Shown here one piece after another: positions 61,651 to 64,000 of a stretch of DNA of 64,000 bases. The stretch spans positions 26,145 to 90,144 of the forward strand of contig JBBTQY010000001.1 of NCBI GenBank assembly GCA_038065475.1, written 5' to 3'. The stretch's first letter is position 1; every line of letters begins with the position of its first letter. Under the pieces are notes generated by a model. It did not search any database, was not told the origin of the DNA, and saw only the letters and a list, made by a program, of their open reading frames with translations. The translations under genes and the position numbers were made by a program. Source of the stretch: Patescibacteria group bacterium. Its GTDB lineage: Bacteria > Patescibacteriota > Minisyncoccia > Ryanbacterales > GWA2-47-10b.

Positions 61651-62121
61651 TTAGTCACGAGCTTGAACAGAATGTCGATGTACTCGGTTAGCACGCCGCG
61701 GCGTACGAGGAACGGGCAGGACAATCATCCGACGCCACTTCCAAAGATTTTGACGTAGCTCCGTGGAGTCGAATCCGAAAAGACTGCAGATACTCTCAAA
61801 GGAGTAGGGCCACGAGCAATCGCGCGAGGTAAACCATGCACTCACCTCTTCGAACTGCTGCTTATCTCTTCGCCCAAACGCGCAAGCATGCAGCTGGAAG
61901 AGAGCAATCGCGTCTTCAAGTACCGCCAGCGCCAAACGGTATTCCCCCGAAAGATCGTCAACACCCACTTCGATACCTTGTGCGAATGTACCGAAGAAAA
62001 CCTCGGGCGGAACCCAGTCGGGTTCTAAGAGGCCCTCAACCCCATCCCGAGAAAAGACATTTCCGTACGTGTTGCCGAACCCCCGCTGTACCATGTTGGA
62101 AATAACGCCGATACGAACCAT
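61651..62121 (-). CDS. Conserved hypothetical protein, paralog 2
   Basis: GGGGAGG SD; RLALAVLEDAI...FEEVSAW...WPYSFESIC. Confidence 0.8.
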   Translation of the reverse strand: MVRIGVISNMVQRGFGNTYGNVFSRDGVEGLLEPDWVPPEVFFGTFAQGIEVGVDDLSGEYRLALAVLEDAIALFQLHACAFGRRDKQQFEEVSAWFTSRDCSWPYSFESICSLFGFDSTELRQNLWKWRRMIVLPVPRTPRRANRVHRHSVQARD

Positions 62122-62243
62122 CGCAATGTCCCTCCCCCAAAGTAAGAAATCTGAATAAGATTGTAGAAGAAAGAAGAAGATTATGCAAGAGATTGACTAG
62201 CTTGTCAAAAACCTCTATCAATAGAGAGGAAAGGAGTTCGCAC

Positions 62244-62468
62244 ATGAAAACTAAAAAGCCGTGCTCATCTTACGGCTACCATTCGATACGCGTAATCTCG
62301 ACAAAGCGTATCGCACGCGAAAAACAATCGACCATCCCCGGCCTTGGTGCGCTCGCCCTCTCATGGACGGAAGTGCGTACCCGGCACCGCTGCCGTACCT
62401 GCCGCCGCCAACGCACGATCATCACGCGGGAAAACTATCGCCAACAGCACTCGCCGCCTCCTACCTAG
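62244..62468 (+). CDS. Small basic Cys/His orphan (possible zinc ribbon)
   Basis: AAGGAG SD; C-x5-H and CRTC. Confidence 0.55.
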   Translation: MKTKKPCSSYGYHSIRVISTKRIAREKQSTIPGLGALALSWTEVRTRHRCRTCRRQRTIITRENYRQQHSPPPT

Positions 62469-63067
62469 GGGTGGCTTTCTTTTTCCAATGCTTCAATTAC
62501 CTCTTTGCTATTCATATATTTATAAAATATTCCCACCACAATAAGGGCTACTAGTGAAAGCACAAGAGCGTACGCACCAAAAATATCTTCGGTCTTACCA
62601 AAGAAATATCCGATCGCCAAAAAGATAAGCGACCAGAGCCATGACGAGATAAAAATAATCGGCACAAAAACCGCGCGATGCATTTTAGAAACGCCCGCGG
62701 GAATCGGCGCGAACACTTTGATGGCTGGCAACATCTTTGCTACAAATAAAAACCATGCTCCTCGCCTCCGAAACGCGATAATAATTTTTTTTACTTCACG
62801 CTCAGGAAACATCGCCCATTTGGTAATATACGCAATACCATATGCGCGCACTAACTCATAGAGTATAATATTGCCGATCGTGTTACCAAGCGCACCCACA
62901 AGTGTAGTAATCCATATATTGAGGTGTCCTAATGAACCAAAATATCCAGCGACAATATATAAAACCTGACTCGATGGAAAGCTGATAAACCCATTGGCAA
63001 TCATCAGCAAGAAAACGCCTGCGTATCCTAACGCCTGCAAGATAGATTCAAAGGGTACGGCAAACAT
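62465..63067 (-). CDS. DedA-family membrane protein (divergent)
   Basis: FPSSQV, GNTIGNIILY, AKMLPAIK..PAG. Confidence 0.85.
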   Translation of the reverse strand: MFAVPFESILQALGYAGVFLLMIANGFISFPSSQVLYIVAGYFGSLGHLNIWITTLVGALGNTIGNIILYELVRAYGIAYITKWAMFPEREVKKIIIAFRRRGAWFLFVAKMLPAIKVFAPIPAGVSKMHRAVFVPIIFISSWLWSLIFLAIGYFFGKTEDIFGAYALVLSLVALIVVGIFYKYMNSKEVIEALEKESHP

Positions 63068-63076
63068 ATCTCTATA

Positions 63077-64000
63077 CTAGCGAATCAGCATCGCATCACC
63101 AAAAGAATAAAAACGAAACTTTTTACGTATAGCGATTTTATAGAGATCGACGACTCCTCGCCTTGCGTGCTTGTGCTGTAAAAATGCGTCAACGAGCAGC
63201 ATAAGTGATGATTGGGGTAGATGAAAATTGGTAATCAGCCCATCGATGATGCGAAATCGATACGGCGGATAGATAAAAATATCCGTTGCTCTCTTGCCCG
63301 CCAAATGTGAACTCTCGCGCGCCGCGCTCTCGAGTGCTCGCGTGGCTGTCGTACCCACAGCAATGATAGGATGTCCCACTTTTTTTGCATCATTGATGCG
63401 GCGCGCGCTCCCACGAGAGATTTCATAATATTCGGTAAAAAGTTTTTTGGTGCGTAGTTCACGCTCACCAAAGGGTGCGAACGTACCCATGCCCACATGC
63501 AACGCTACCTCTGTATGTGTAACATGTTTTTTCTCAAGTGTACGAAATACCTGTGGCGTAAAATGAAGTGATGCGGTGGGCGCCGCAACTGACGCCGCAC
63601 GCTTGGCAAAAATACTTTGATAGCGCAAACGCAACGTGCGCTCGGGCATTTCGCCGCCCGCAAGATATTTTGGTATCGGCGTCTCGCCTACCTTTGATAA
63701 AAACCTGATGAGCGTCTCGCGCGAAACATTTGGCTTGAGAAAAAACAATTTTCCTTCCTGCCCCACCACACGAAATTGATGACGCGCGCCAGCGCGCAAT
63801 ATCTGACCAACCGTTACCTTGCGATCGCAAAGCGCCTTGAGCGGTTCTCCTGCACGCCATTCGTTGATCAGCAACAATGCAACCACCTTCCCACCCGTCT
63901 CCTTGGTGAGCGTAATACGCGCCGGTACTACTTTTGTTTCATTGAGCACTAACAGTGACTGGGGCGCCAGATACTGTGCGATGTTTCGAAACTCATCGAA
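63077..64000 (-). CDS. queA: S-adenosylmethionine:tRNA ribosyltransferase-isomerase, 5'-truncated by the window edge
   Basis: NETKVVPAR, SVAAPTASLHF, LHVGMGTF, VGTT, TNFHLPQSSL, FYSFGDAMLI. Confidence 0.97.
   Translation of the reverse strand, partial: FDEFRNIAQYLAPQSLLVLNETKVVPARITLTKETGGKVVALLLINEWRAGEPLKALCDRKVTVGQILRAGARHQFRVVGQEGKLFFLKPNVSRETLIRFLSKVGETPIPKYLAGGEMPERTLRLRYQSIFAKRAASVAAPTASLHFTPQVFRTLEKKHVTHTEVALHVGMGTFAPFGERELRTKKLFTEYYEISRGSARRINDAKKVGHPIIAVGTTATRALESAARESSHLAGKRATDIFIYPPYRFRIIDGLITNFHLPQSSLMLLVDAFLQHKHARRGVVDLYKIAIRKKFRFYSFGDAMLIR

Overview
Bacterial chromosomal window in the standard genetic code. Gene content and style point to Patescibacteria/CPR, probably Parcubacteria (inference: short-epsilon F-type ATP synthase operon, degenerate PriA, CxxC-x17-CxxC protein, many orphan genes). 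The backbone carries priA(3')-def-fmt, a copper cluster (cupredoxin, CopA, CopZ, CcdA-like fusion), uppP and DedA genes, a lexA-bcp-nuclease run, pepA, a CdaA-YbbR fusion, SulP with atpBEFHAGDC, an ABC-2 pair, tgt and queA. The main accessory block is a ~16.5 kb minus-strand surface-glycan locus (12.4-29.0 kb). It has two GT2 synthases (one hyaluronan-synthase-like), a GT-C, a UDP-HexNAc dehydrogenase, a deacetylase, a nucleotidyltransferase, a membrane-tethered GH6, and a ~1500-aa sugar-dehydrogenase/PKD/PA14/CBM/LamG protein whose last Ig-like domain recurs in two adjacent Cys-rich secreted orphans. A second pattern spans the window: many backbone genes look leaderless (TANNNT 6-7 nt before ATG), while about 11 small orphan islets have strong Shine-Dalgarno sites and mostly their own terminators. 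I recognised no tRNA, rRNA, CRISPR array, transposase, integrase or reverse transcriptase. All calls are by-eye motif recognition; no searches were run.
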